Shown: piece after piece, positions 49,907-59,687 of the stretch
How positions within the stretch are numbered: the first letter of the stretch is position 1
Layout: each line of letters starts with the position of its first letter
Assembly (NCBI GenBank): GCA_000002435.2
Contig: CM018793.1
Origin: Giardia intestinalis
Taxonomy: Eukaryota
Strand: one strand, 5' to 3'
DNA length: 64,000 bases
The notes under the pieces: model-generated
Seen by the model: the letters and a program-made list of their open reading frames with translations, nothing else
Databases searched by the model: none
What the model was told of the DNA's origin: nothing
Position numbers and translations under genes: made by a program

Positions 49907-52276
49907 ATGTCTCTCTCTGATTGGTTCCAAGGGATTATTATGAACGATTTCGATACGGTAAACAAGCTACTGGCTCAGTACAAATGTTCTGTAGACGCGC
50001 AAGGAGATACGGGACTCATGGTAGCTACGCAAGCAGGCCTTTTGGGAATGGTGCGCTTGCTAGCACCCTTTGAGAGCGGATCTCGCTCATCTTCCGGCTG
50101 TACAGCTCTTATGATAGCATGCATGTCGAATATGCCTGAAATAGTCGAGGTACTCCTTCCCCTAGAAAAGGACTTTAGGCTCTCTGATGGTCGGGACGCA
50201 CTAATGCTGGCCGCTAGTAGCAATTCTGGCGATGTACTAGACATACTCATGCCGAACTTCAGTTTATGCCGCGACAATAATAGCCTATCTGCCCTAGACT
50301 ATGCGGGATATGAGGGTCATCTTTTCATAGTCATGAAGCTCGTGCACTACTTTCGCCCATCCTCCGCTGATCTATCAATTGCACGGGACCTAGCATCTGA
50401 AGCAGGTAGAAGCTCTGTGGTTGCTTATCTAGACTCTCTAGACGCCAATAGCAGTTCCAACCCTATCCAGGATGCATCCAGTGGAGGATTTACTAACGAG
50501 TCAGACATATTAGTCGACAAGAAAGATGGTATGGTCGTTACCACTTCGACCAACGGAGAAGACCGCATTTCTCTTCCACATCCAGATGATCCTTTTACTT
50601 CGGATATGACTACCATCAACCCAACTGCAGAGAAGCACATTGCACTTTTGGAATCAGAAAACAAAGCGCTTCGTTTAAAACTGGAGGCCATAACAGCGAG
50701 CACGGACGAAGAGCGATTGCTGGCTTTTAACAAAATGGAAAACGAGATAGCTTTTTATATGGGCGAGGTTGAAATGCTACAGAATAGCCTCAAGGAGAAA
50801 GATTTAGCCGATTCTGCGAGTATTGAATCTGAAAGCATAGAGTCTTTACAACAGCTCCTTATTGGCGCTAAAGAGGAGCTAGATAAAGCAAGGGAAGATC
50901 TCAATACCAGCTTGGAATCACAGAGTGAGTTGACTGGTCTTTTATTGATTAAAGAGGAAGAAGGAAAGAAGCTAGCGACAGAGATAGATTCTCTAAAGCG
51001 TGAATTGAAGGCCTCGAGGGAAGAGCTTGAAAAGACGGAACTAGAGTTACAAAATACTAAGCAACGATTAAGGGTGTGCGAAGGTGAGGCCGCGATAGGA
51101 AAGCAGTTTGATAACACAATGGTCTTGACAAAATCACTCTATGGCCACGACTTGCGTGAGCAGTTGGCGGTACCTTTACGCAATGTAATACCCACAGACA
51201 TAGATCTCCGATTTATCAAAGGCACCGCGGCGCAATTCAAGGCAAATCCATCAGAGTTAAGGCATCTTATATCTAACTTCAACATTCTCAAGAAGGCCTA
51301 CGTTTCTTTGTTGAGAGACTATGATAAGGTAGAACCGTCTCCCCAACGGTCCGCAACAGGGCTTTGTAAAGGGCATGGATCCTTACGCAATAAAAGTGCT
51401 AGGGCAAGGGACTCTATGGATACACTCATCTCGTCCATAAATACTTCCATAAGGCGGTCAAGTTCCAGAACGGCTCCGTTATCGCGGTCATCGTCGTCAC
51501 AAGTTATACAGATGGCATCTACTCAAGGCGCTGATATTGAACGGGCTCAGTCTAGCTTGGCTGATAACCGCCAAAGGAGCATTGTTTCAGGAACACAAAT
51601 AGGAAGATCAGTTACTGCTAGAAATCGAGCCACAGAGGTTTCGTTAGTGACAGAGGAGATGATGGCTGAATTGTCTAATCAGGAGAACACGCCACTCATG
51701 AGGGCGTTTGTAGAGGGAAATCTGGATGGCGTATTAAATATGCTATCACACGTCGGTAAGCAGCGCAGCGATGGAACAACCGCCCTAATGCTCGCGGCCC
51801 TATTTAATCGCATTAGCGCAATCAAGTATGTTGTCAAAAAGGAGGCACGAATGAAGCGTGTTGATGGAGCCACTGCTCTACATATTGCCCTTCAAAAGGG
51901 GTATTATACCATTGCGGATCTTTTAACAAAATATGAAGGAATTGACGTCAGCGAATATAGTACAGAGGGCAACCGAAAAACTGAGCTCATGTGTGCCGCA
52001 GAAGAAAATGACCTGGTGAAGTTGTGGTGTCTGCGCCCGTTACAAGAACGCTTACAAGATCAGAATGGGAAGACAGCCTTAATGTATGCTCTTGAAAAGG
52101 GGCACCTACACTGTGTGTACCTTTTATTATCCAGTGAAGCAAAGATTCGAGATAGTCAAGGAAACAATATAGTGTCTTATTGCTCCAAGATGAGTCATAC
52201 TTTGCCCGAATCTCTTCGCCAAGAACTTACGTTTATGGCAACGCGCTACTGCAATGAGCAGTATTACATGGAGTAG
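49907..52276 (+). CDS. Ankyrin-repeat / coiled-coil / ankyrin-repeat protein (789 aa, 'protein 21.1'-type)
   Basis: There are ankyrin repeats at the N-terminus (QGDTGLMVATQAGLLGMVRLL, SGCTALMIACMSNMPEIVEVLL) and at the C-terminus (DGTTALMLAALFNRISAIKYV, NGKTALMYALEKGHLHCVYLLL). A central coiled-coil of about 200 aa separates them. Confidence 0.8.
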   Translation: MSLSDWFQGIIMNDFDTVNKLLAQYKCSVDAQGDTGLMVATQAGLLGMVRLLAPFESGSRSSSGCTALMIACMSNMPEIVEVLLPLEKDFRLSDGRDALMLAASSNSGDVLDILMPNFSLCRDNNSLSALDYAGYEGHLFIVMKLVHYFRPSSADLSIARDLASEAGRSSVVAYLDSLDANSSSNPIQDASSGGFTNESDILVDKKDGMVVTTSTNGEDRISLPHPDDPFTSDMTTINPTAEKHIALLESENKALRLKLEAITASTDEERLLAFNKMENEIAFYMGEVEMLQNSLKEKDLADSASIESESIESLQQLLIGAKEELDKAREDLNTSLESQSELTGLLLIKEEEGKKLATEIDSLKRELKASREELEKTELELQNTKQRLRVCEGEAAIGKQFDNTMVLTKSLYGHDLREQLAVPLRNVIPTDIDLRFIKGTAAQFKANPSELRHLISNFNILKKAYVSLLRDYDKVEPSPQRSATGLCKGHGSLRNKSARARDSMDTLISSINTSIRRSSSRTAPLSRSSSSQVIQMASTQGADIERAQSSLADNRQRSIVSGTQIGRSVTARNRATEVSLVTEEMMAELSNQENTPLMRAFVEGNLDGVLNMLSHVGKQRSDGTTALMLAALFNRISAIKYVVKKEARMKRVDGATALHIALQKGYYTIADLLTKYEGIDVSEYSTEGNRKTELMCAAEENDLVKLWCLRPLQERLQDQNGKTALMYALEKGHLHCVYLLLSSEAKIRDSQGNNIVSYCSKMSHTLPESLRQELTFMATRYCNEQYYME

Positions 52277-53624
52277 CTTTGCTCATCGCGGCCTTGAGAT
52301 CAAGGACGGCTGACCGTGTGGTAAGTCCTGCATACCGTTTGTACTCATCACTGTTTATGCCGAGAGCCTCTAACCCCGCTATGTGCTGTCTTTCTAAGAA
52401 GTGCTTATCAAATACCTTTTGCCCGTAGTAAAATAACTCTCCACATACTTCGCACAAAAATCGACGATGTAACCCGTGGGCATCGTACTGCCACTTGGGT
52501 ATTTCCTCACCAGTGTTAGGATCATATATCTGTTTCTTAACGGTTATTCTTCCTGCCACGTCACTTACATTGTTTTGCTTAACAACACCCGCCGGTAAAA
52601 GGGATAGAATGGGTACGTATGCATCTCTGCTAACCTGGAGACTAAGCGAAACTGTCAGCTTATAAGATAAGTCAATTAGCTTCTCAGTAAAGTTATTGAT
52701 CCTGTCTTCCTCGTAACACTCTATAAAGGGTTGCGACACGCTTTGTGTGGAGGTATCCCCTAGGGTATTGTAGTTGACCGTCAAAGACATTTCTCTCTTC
52801 AGGAAGTTCAGTAAAAGTAAAGTCTTATGTAAAATAGCAAATGCCTCATAGTGCTCATGATTGGTCTTCTGTGTGCTGTGTCGAACTGCTGCCCTGTGCC
52901 TTCGTCCCATCATGTGTGCCTGCATATCTGCTTCTGTGTGCACTTCGACGTGACACGTACTACAGTAAACCTGCTGCTCTATAAGTGTCTCAACGTACTG
53001 CGCATATTGTTGGTCTAACTTCTGATGCTCATCCAGAGTCAAAACAGTGCCTGTGACGGACTTCCTCATATAGAATAGCTGTGGATACTTTATTTTGTAG
53101 AAATGAAGAAGATGATTGTGCAATAAAGTGATTAGTCGCTTGTTCGTAGTACTCAGTATAATATCATGGATATCAGAAACGAAGTCGGTGTAGCGCAGTG
53201 GATCTTTGGAAGACGTGCTGGCGTTTTTTAACGCAGAGTATTGTTGATAAGCTTTGGATAAATCGATGACTCTATAAAACATTGTTTGAGACGCCCCAAG
53301 CAGGATAACCCGGAGCAGAGCCTTGATCTCTCGTTTCAGAAAAGAGGTAACACTGCTAGTTAGAGGTCCAGGTTCCCCGCTCTGGCTGCCATGGCTCTTC
53401 CAGAACAACCGGCAGTTCTCAGCAAGTGTGTTAGTTCCCTGCTGCGTTATTAATCTGTGCATTGTTTGATACTGCACGTAAGCTATGTGTGCTAGATAGG
53501 CTAGAAGATTTTCCTTTATAAGCTGTTCTTCATACGACTCCGAAGAATCCATCGACACTAGCCCAAAGGCCCGCATTGACGTGCAGTAGACTAGCATTGC
53601 AAAGTGGAACTCTTCTGCCGACAT
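52233..53624 (-). CDS. SF3A3: Splicing factor 3a subunit 3 (SF3a60/Prp9)
   Basis: The matrin/U1-type zinc finger 'YCSTCHVEVHTEADMQAHMMGRRH' is present. The C-terminal C2H2 finger 'FLCEVCGELFYYGQKVFDKHFLERQHIAGLEALGINSDEYKRYAGL' aligns with human SF3A3 '[41 protein letters not shown]'. The 3' end overlaps the convergent ankyrin gene by 44 bp. Confidence 0.65.
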   Translation of the reverse strand: MSAEEFHFAMLVYCTSMRAFGLVSMDSSESYEEQLIKENLLAYLAHIAYVQYQTMHRLITQQGTNTLAENCRLFWKSHGSQSGEPGPLTSSVTSFLKREIKALLRVILLGASQTMFYRVIDLSKAYQQYSALKNASTSSKDPLRYTDFVSDIHDIILSTTNKRLITLLHNHLLHFYKIKYPQLFYMRKSVTGTVLTLDEHQKLDQQYAQYVETLIEQQVYCSTCHVEVHTEADMQAHMMGRRHRAAVRHSTQKTNHEHYEAFAILHKTLLLLNFLKREMSLTVNYNTLGDTSTQSVSQPFIECYEEDRINNFTEKLIDLSYKLTVSLSLQVSRDAYVPILSLLPAGVVKQNNVSDVAGRITVKKQIYDPNTGEEIPKWQYDAHGLHRRFLCEVCGELFYYGQKVFDKHFLERQHIAGLEALGINSDEYKRYAGLTTRSAVLDLKAAMSKATPCNTAHCSSALP

Positions 53625-54827
53625 CTACCTCCTGCTTGGTTTTTGTTTTCATTTATGATAATCGCATATTTACAAATGTCACATATGAATTTGAGTAGTG
53701 CAACTTATAACATATAAGGGGAAAGAGACTTACTGTGGTAATTTTCTCGTCTATGGTAAATTTCAAGAGTTTTGAGATTGTATTTAATAAAGAATAGACA
53801 ACAAGGATGTAGTCAAATGGTGGCCACAGGGAAACTTAGATGCTATGTTGCTGGGCCCACCTGCAGACGTGGTCCAGAGGCCTTATGAGTGATCCTCGCT
53901 CAATTCCTGGCCATGTCTGAAGATGAAGGCTGGTTGTAGATACCATACTAGGGGTTCTTCTCTAGTAGTGCATCCAAAGCCAGGTGCTTTCCCTAGTCAT
54001 TCTGTGCAGCGTCCGCGTCGCTCAGTCTAGGATTCAGCTTACTCATTGGCATATGTAGCTTGTAAGTTGTATCTCTCCTTGGTCTATCCCCCCGATGAGG
54101 GAGGGCCCCAGCAGTCGATGACCCTGGACCGACGCCTCGGTGGACCGACGCATCACCCCAAGTGTGCTGTGCAGATGGACCAGCCCACACATCACTGAGC
54201 CAGACGCACTGCACAGGGTGAGCGTCGACACGGTCTCGTGCTGGATGACGGACCACCTGCAAGAGCGCACTGCGATCCATGAGCAGAGGGCCGGGCCTCT
54301 TCTCCGACACAACGCATGGGAGTACTCCATCGGCATCTACGCACGCGTACCACAACCTCAAGATAGAGGGACACGGGGAGCGCACCCTCCGATCATACTC
54401 GGGACTGATGACTCGCTTCATGAGGAGACGAAGAGGCACCCCGAGGAACGGGGTAGACACCCGGGGTCATAGCGTATCCCATCTTCGTCATGGAGTACCA
54501 GGGTCCCGGGCCACGTGGAGGCCAGATCGCCGCAACAGACGCAAGGCCCTGAATAGCAGGTGCCCACCAGTGCCAGACGATAGTTGACCCCGATGGGCCA
54601 GAGGAAGGGAGGAACCCTAGAGGTAACGTGAGGAGCAGCGGCTTCCGGGGGACGGGGCACAGAGTCTTCTCCTGTCGGGATCGAGGGCACCTGACTCTCG
54701 GATTTCTGATCCCAGCCGTGTATGGGCGAAAGGCTTGCCTAAGGTAGCAGTGGCTTGCACGGGAGATCACTCAGGTAGTAGGTGACAACCCCACCCTGGT
54801 GAAACGAAGAGTAAATTAGGTGTACAT

Positions 54828-57800
54828 TTACTTTCTAAAGTCCCAGCAGTCCCCGTTGTTTGAAAGCTGGCCGCTCTTGGTGAAGATACTGGTGGTGCTA
54901 TCCACGGGGTCGTAGACACGGCTCACAGACATCTCCGTCGCCGTGCAATCTGATATCATGGGGAAGAGCTCGCTATCGGTCAATGACACCACACTCATGC
55001 TAACCTCGATCATCGTCTCCTTGTAGTCCTTCGAGCGCATGAACTCCATACTATAGAGGTACCTGAACGTGACGTTCTGGCATATTCCACCGAAGAAGAG
55101 CCCGGCCCAGATGAGGTACTGGCAGAAGAAGATGGCTCCGAACGTCTCCAAGAGCCCCGTCCCCAGCGTCAGGCTCCTAATGCTCTCGGGGACCACCTCT
55201 AATACGTAGGGAGTCACCAAGCCCTTGGGCCCTATCAGGATGTCCAGGAGCCTATTGAGCTGGACGTCGAGCGGCTCTATCACGTGCTTGTTGACGGTAC
55301 TTCCAAGCTCCATCAAAACCGTGTCGTACATATGCTGAGAAAACCGCGGGTACAATCCTCCGGACAGGTTCTTCGAGACCATGTTTGCTTCGATGATATC
55401 TAAGAGAATGGACAAAGGGGAGACTACAGCGTTGAGCAGCTCTGTGTATGCATCTATGAAGCTGACCTCATCGGTTGAAAAGCTACTCCAGTTATTGAAC
55501 ACATCCACAAACCGCTCGTAGACCCTTGTTGTGTCTAGCACCACATCTAGTGCCCCGCTGGAGCCATCGTTCGGATTGCTCGCAGCATTCCAGCCAATCG
55601 TCTGGAAGCCCTTTTCCTGAAGCGCATACACGAGGTCTCGCACGGCTGCGTATGTGTTGGAGACGCAAATGGAGGTCTGTTCTACGGTGTCACCTGGGCG
55701 GATCTTCGTGCACAGGTTTCCAACGAGGTCTGGGTATGGAGACCCGTGGACGATGGAGGACAGGCTAGTGGAGATGCTTGGACACGAAGTCTTGAGGTTG
55801 GTTAGTTCGGCTCTTATCTTCTGCATTGTGCTCTTAATACTGCCCTGTGAACACAGATTCTTATCGACGGGGTTATCGGCAAGGAAGGTCACCGAGGGGC
55901 ACTTTGTCATAGCGACCAAAGTATCCAGAAAGTGAATCATGGAAAGGCACTCTGCGACTATCCCCTTCTGGCCCCTAACGGCTTTGGCACTGGCTTCGAG
56001 GGACAGAGCGCTATAGTTCGCGCTGGAGGAAATGCCTCTGATATAGGCCTCAACCTGCGCTGTGACATTCATGGCAGCCAGAGCAGATGCATCAACATCT
56101 CCGTACAAAGCTGTGCGCTTTTCTGTACTGGAATATGTGTCGTTATATAGCTTGTGCCCTGCAGAGAAGTCCCCGAACAGGACGGCGTTCGAGAGCTCGC
56201 CACTGAGGAACGCGTTCCTAATCCCGCTAAGAAACGGATCAATGTCCGGAACAATGAAGGTCTCGAGGTACTGTGAGAGGCTGGAGCGGGGGTTGATAGC
56301 TTTGGGTAGCACCGCGGGCAGCAGCCCTTGGAGCCCGCCCAAAAGATCCGGCAAGCCGAGGATATCGAGGATCCCTCCACCCTTCTTGTTGTAATAGAGG
56401 AGGTCTTTGATGGACATGCGAGTTGTATCCACCCTCGTGGAAAGGCTCAGAGAGGCCATGCTGTCATCAGGTTCGGCAGGAATCCCAAACATGCTCGGCA
56501 GGTTTCCGACGGCAACGGTAGCTGTCACGTTGGCGAGGCTCTTACGGAGAGCATCGTATGTGGTGTAATCCAACACGGCGGACGACGGGGCTGTGTAGGC
56601 TAGGTCGGGGTGCCCCGTGTGCCGGAGCACAAAGGACCCCAGGTCCAGCTGGACCGGCGCAGGGTCTCCTATGACTCCGTTGTCTTTGAGGAGTTGGAGG
56701 ACGGTGTCGTAGTTGTTGCGCAGAAGCTTGTCTGGGTTGGTGAGGAGCCCCGAATAGTACTCCAGAGCGAACTTCTGCAGAACCACCGCGACGATCCCGA
56801 ACAGCATCAGGAAAAGCGACACCCAGCAAACAACGCACCCGTTGCAGCACAAAGAGCAGCCAGCGCACCTCGTCTTGAAGCGCGCAGCGCCCACGATCCC
56901 GCAAATGAACGTCCCGATTGGGACGAGGAGAAGAGCCAGGGCGAGCAAGAAAGGGGCCATCGATATCAGAACGTAATTGCGGCCAACAGGCGGAATCGTT
57001 GCCGGATCAAACCCAGAGAGCTTGCAATTCTTCAACGAGTCCAACGCACCGCCTTCTACAGGCAGGTCTGTTATGTAACCGGGGCAGGCCCCGTTGTTTA
57101 TGAAGGCGTCGAACAGAGCACGCGCAGTCATCTGCTCCTTGTGGTCGTGGAGTTGCAGCACGTAGTTGATGTACTTGGAGAAGCTGGAGACCTGTGTCAG
57201 GGCATCGGTTGCGAGCTTAGGCAGGTTCAGCTGGTCGCTGATAGATCTGGCGAGCTCCTCGTCTGTTGGTCCTCCCTCGGCCCGCGTGGCAGACGCACAC
57301 CACGATAGCTTGCACTTAAGTGCCGGCTTGCCACACGCCCTCCGGACTATGTCCCCCACGGTCGACGTCTTCGTGCTGAGTACTTCAAGCAAGTCAACGA
57401 GTAGTTGTGTGTCATCCTTGCCCTGCTGTTTGCCAGACGCCTTCGGCCTTAACGAGTCTATAACGAACTTTATCACTGTTTCGGGGTTGTTGTTGACCGG
57501 GACATTCAGATCTGCTCTGTCAATAGGTGAATCGGAGGCAGCAGCAACACTGGACTTTGTTGTGCAATAATTATTTCCTGAGTTATCCTTAAAGGCCTGC
57601 TTGCACACCTTTTCAATGATAGTTTGCCACTTGTCTTGAACTGGTGGTTGCTGCTTATCTAGCGACTTCGCTATCCCGTTGGTGATAGAATTGGCTGCAA
57701 AGACAGCCCCGCCAATAAGAGACTTCTTGTTGATGTTCTTGTAGCTGGCCTCGGAGATTGCCGTGTCATCGGGTGGAGACGGAGGTTGCGTTGATCGTAT

Positions 57801-58604
57801 AGAGAAGTTGCCATAAGTTTTCTTGGTTTCTAAATTGTTCTTTACTGATTCTTGTGTCTTTGTGTTCAACAATAAATCTAAGTTTTTCTGTATGTTATCT
57901 GAGAAATCTGTGATAGCACTCAACGAGGGTAGGGACGCAGGCGGCAGAAGGATGGTGCTGACCCCCTCTGCCAGCGAGGAATTCTGCGACAGGACATCAG
58001 AGACCACTCTCAGCGTGCAGCTCTTGGAAATCGCGCTTATGTACTCGCTGGCCTCGTCTGCTGTTTTATTCAAGATATTGGAGATTGGGGAAATGGAACT
58101 ATTATCTGAGCTCGAGATGAGCGCGTTTATAAGACTGTCTGAGGCGCTAATGGTGTCCGAAGCTAGATCGTAGACGCGATCGGTCGTTCGAGCCACGACC
58201 CGAAACATGTTGTCCACGCCAATGAAGGGCTGGGAGACGGCGACGAACATCCCGATGCATCCGCAGAGGCCGATGACGTTGGCAGCGAAGCCCGTGTAGA
58301 AGCAGCAGCAGCGGTACTTGCTGGATGTCTGCTCCATCTCCAGCTTCCGGTGGCAGCATCTGCGACAGCACTGGCTACACCGGCAGGGGGCTATGCAGAC
58401 GAGCGCAATGTTGAAGCAGAGCCCGAGGACAAAGGGAAGAACAAGCAGGACGCCCATGGCAACCAGGAGCGGAAGATACGGCTTGAGGGCAGCCATGACA
58501 TCCACTCCCCCACCCTGGTGCATGAACAGGTTGGCCGTATCTATGATTGTTTCCGGCGGCACCCTCGGGAAGAACGCCGTACTAAAGGCCGTGACCCCCA
58601 TCAA
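54828..58604 (-). CDS. Large polytopic membrane glycoprotein-like protein (1258 aa) with a prominin-like pentaspan topology
   Basis: Five hydrophobic segments are predicted at about aa 45-75, 95-120, 545-572, 590-612 and 1180-1200. Cys clusters immediately follow TM1 (CRCSQCCRRCCHRK) and TM3 (RCAGCSLCCNGC). Two large loops of about 420 and 560 aa carry many N-x-S/T sites. This arrangement is the prominin (CD133) architecture. Confidence 0.5.
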   Translation of the reverse strand: MMGVTAFSTAFFPRVPPETIIDTANLFMHQGGGVDVMAALKPYLPLLVAMGVLLVLPFVLGLCFNIALVCIAPCRCSQCCRRCCHRKLEMEQTSSKYRCCCFYTGFAANVIGLCGCIGMFVAVSQPFIGVDNMFRVVARTTDRVYDLASDTISASDSLINALISSSDNSSISPISNILNKTADEASEYISAISKSCTLRVVSDVLSQNSSLAEGVSTILLPPASLPSLSAITDFSDNIQKNLDLLLNTKTQESVKNNLETKKTYGNFSIRSTQPPSPPDDTAISEASYKNINKKSLIGGAVFAANSITNGIAKSLDKQQPPVQDKWQTIIEKVCKQAFKDNSGNNYCTTKSSVAAASDSPIDRADLNVPVNNNPETVIKFVIDSLRPKASGKQQGKDDTQLLVDLLEVLSTKTSTVGDIVRRACGKPALKCKLSWCASATRAEGGPTDEELARSISDQLNLPKLATDALTQVSSFSKYINYVLQLHDHKEQMTARALFDAFINNGACPGYITDLPVEGGALDSLKNCKLSGFDPATIPPVGRNYVLISMAPFLLALALLLVPIGTFICGIVGAARFKTRCAGCSLCCNGCVVCWVSLFLMLFGIVAVVLQKFALEYYSGLLTNPDKLLRNNYDTVLQLLKDNGVIGDPAPVQLDLGSFVLRHTGHPDLAYTAPSSAVLDYTTYDALRKSLANVTATVAVGNLPSMFGIPAEPDDSMASLSLSTRVDTTRMSIKDLLYYNKKGGGILDILGLPDLLGGLQGLLPAVLPKAINPRSSLSQYLETFIVPDIDPFLSGIRNAFLSGELSNAVLFGDFSAGHKLYNDTYSSTEKRTALYGDVDASALAAMNVTAQVEAYIRGISSSANYSALSLEASAKAVRGQKGIVAECLSMIHFLDTLVAMTKCPSVTFLADNPVDKNLCSQGSIKSTMQKIRAELTNLKTSCPSISTSLSSIVHGSPYPDLVGNLCTKIRPGDTVEQTSICVSNTYAAVRDLVYALQEKGFQTIGWNAASNPNDGSSGALDVVLDTTRVYERFVDVFNNWSSFSTDEVSFIDAYTELLNAVVSPLSILLDIIEANMVSKNLSGGLYPRFSQHMYDTVLMELGSTVNKHVIEPLDVQLNRLLDILIGPKGLVTPYVLEVVPESIRSLTLGTGLLETFGAIFFCQYLIWAGLFFGGICQNVTFRYLYSMEFMRSKDYKETMIEVSMSVVSLTDSELFPMISDCTATEMSVSRVYDPVDSTTSIFTKSGQLSNNGDCWDFRK

Positions 58605-58871
58605 TTATTATTTGTACTAATTGTCATGCATCATAAGTACATTTTTCAGAACAGCGCGCCATTCTCCTCCTGGCACACTGGGTACCCTCTGCCACCTTTT
58701 GCCTCCTCAACAGGGATTGCCTGTCTCAATAATTTGTAGACACTTGTCCGACAATTCGCCGTCTTTCCTCTTCTCTTACCGGGGCCAGGGGTCGACGAGG
58801 TTCCTAAAGTTGTATACCAAATCTCGAATTCGTAGATTTCAGATTTAGATTTAAAGCTGCCGAAAATAAAT

Positions 58872-59489
58872 TCACTCGTCGGAGGCTGTCTCGCACTGCT
58901 TCTTGTAGTCCAGGGTCCACTTGATGTAGATGATCATGGACACCAGGCCAGAGACGGCGTCCCCGACCGCGGGCGAGATGAAGATGCCGTGCACGGGGTC
59001 GATCTGGCTCTTGGTCGCCTTGATGATGAGCGGCAGGACGAAGATGCACACGATGGTGACGGCTGCTCGCGTAAGCTGCAGTATCGTGCTGAGGACGGTC
59101 TTCCGCTTCATCTGCGACACAGAGACGGTGATGCTCACGAACAGCTGGAGAGGAAGCCCGGCCAGCCCGAGCCGCACGGCCAAGGCGGAAATGGCCCGCT
59201 CCGTCTCTCCGTCGCCCACAAAGAGATACATAAGAGGGTAGGCCAGGCCCTCGCAGAGCCCCCAGACGGCCAGGGTCATGACCACGCCGATCAGGCTAGT
59301 GTAAACGAGGACAAGGTAGAGCTTCTTGGCCCCCAGGTTATAACCGAGGATGAATGGCAACCGGTAAGATCTAGTCATCAATGCTAGTACAGGTCTGCTG
59401 CTATGCAATTGGTTGCTATACAGAGCATCTGTTTCGTAATATATCACAAAGCTAAAGCCTAACTCGCAATGCATGGTGTAGGTAATCAT
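58872..59489 (-). CDS. Hypothetical polytopic membrane protein (205 aa, about 5 TM), possibly a truncated transporter
   Basis: Successive hydrophobic helices are present (LYLVLVYTSLIGVVMTLAVWGL, GLAGLPLQLFVSITVSV, AVTIVCIFVLPLIIKA, GLVSMIIYIKW). Only 198 bp separate its start from the 3' end of the next gene, so a full-length transporter is not accommodated. Confidence 0.35.
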   Translation of the reverse strand: MITYTMHCELGFSFVIYYETDALYSNQLHSSRPVLALMTRSYRLPFILGYNLGAKKLYLVLVYTSLIGVVMTLAVWGLCEGLAYPLMYLFVGDGETERAISALAVRLGLAGLPLQLFVSITVSVSQMKRKTVLSTILQLTRAAVTIVCIFVLPLIIKATKSQIDPVHGIFISPAVGDAVSGLVSMIIYIKWTLDYKKQCETASDE

Positions 59490-59687
59490 AACATCAGATC
59501 GTGTACCTCTATACTATTCAGCTACAGTCTCTCCGCAGGACTCCGTTGTTAAGCACTCCTTATGCTGGTGCTAAGACATATTAATACAGTGTGGCCGACA
59601 GATTGTTAACTGCAGCACAGCTTGTAGCTATCAGAAATAGTCAGCAACGGGTCGCGTATCACTGATAGAAGGAGTGAATAGATCGAT

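Noticed and set aside
56610-57308. 232-aa plus-strand ORF, and others (55526.., 56062.., 56328..), antisense to the prominin-like gene
   Set aside because: This is a GC-rich region with Arg/Pro/Gly-rich translations. It is fully contained in a 1258-aa minus-strand ORF that has coherent TM topology.
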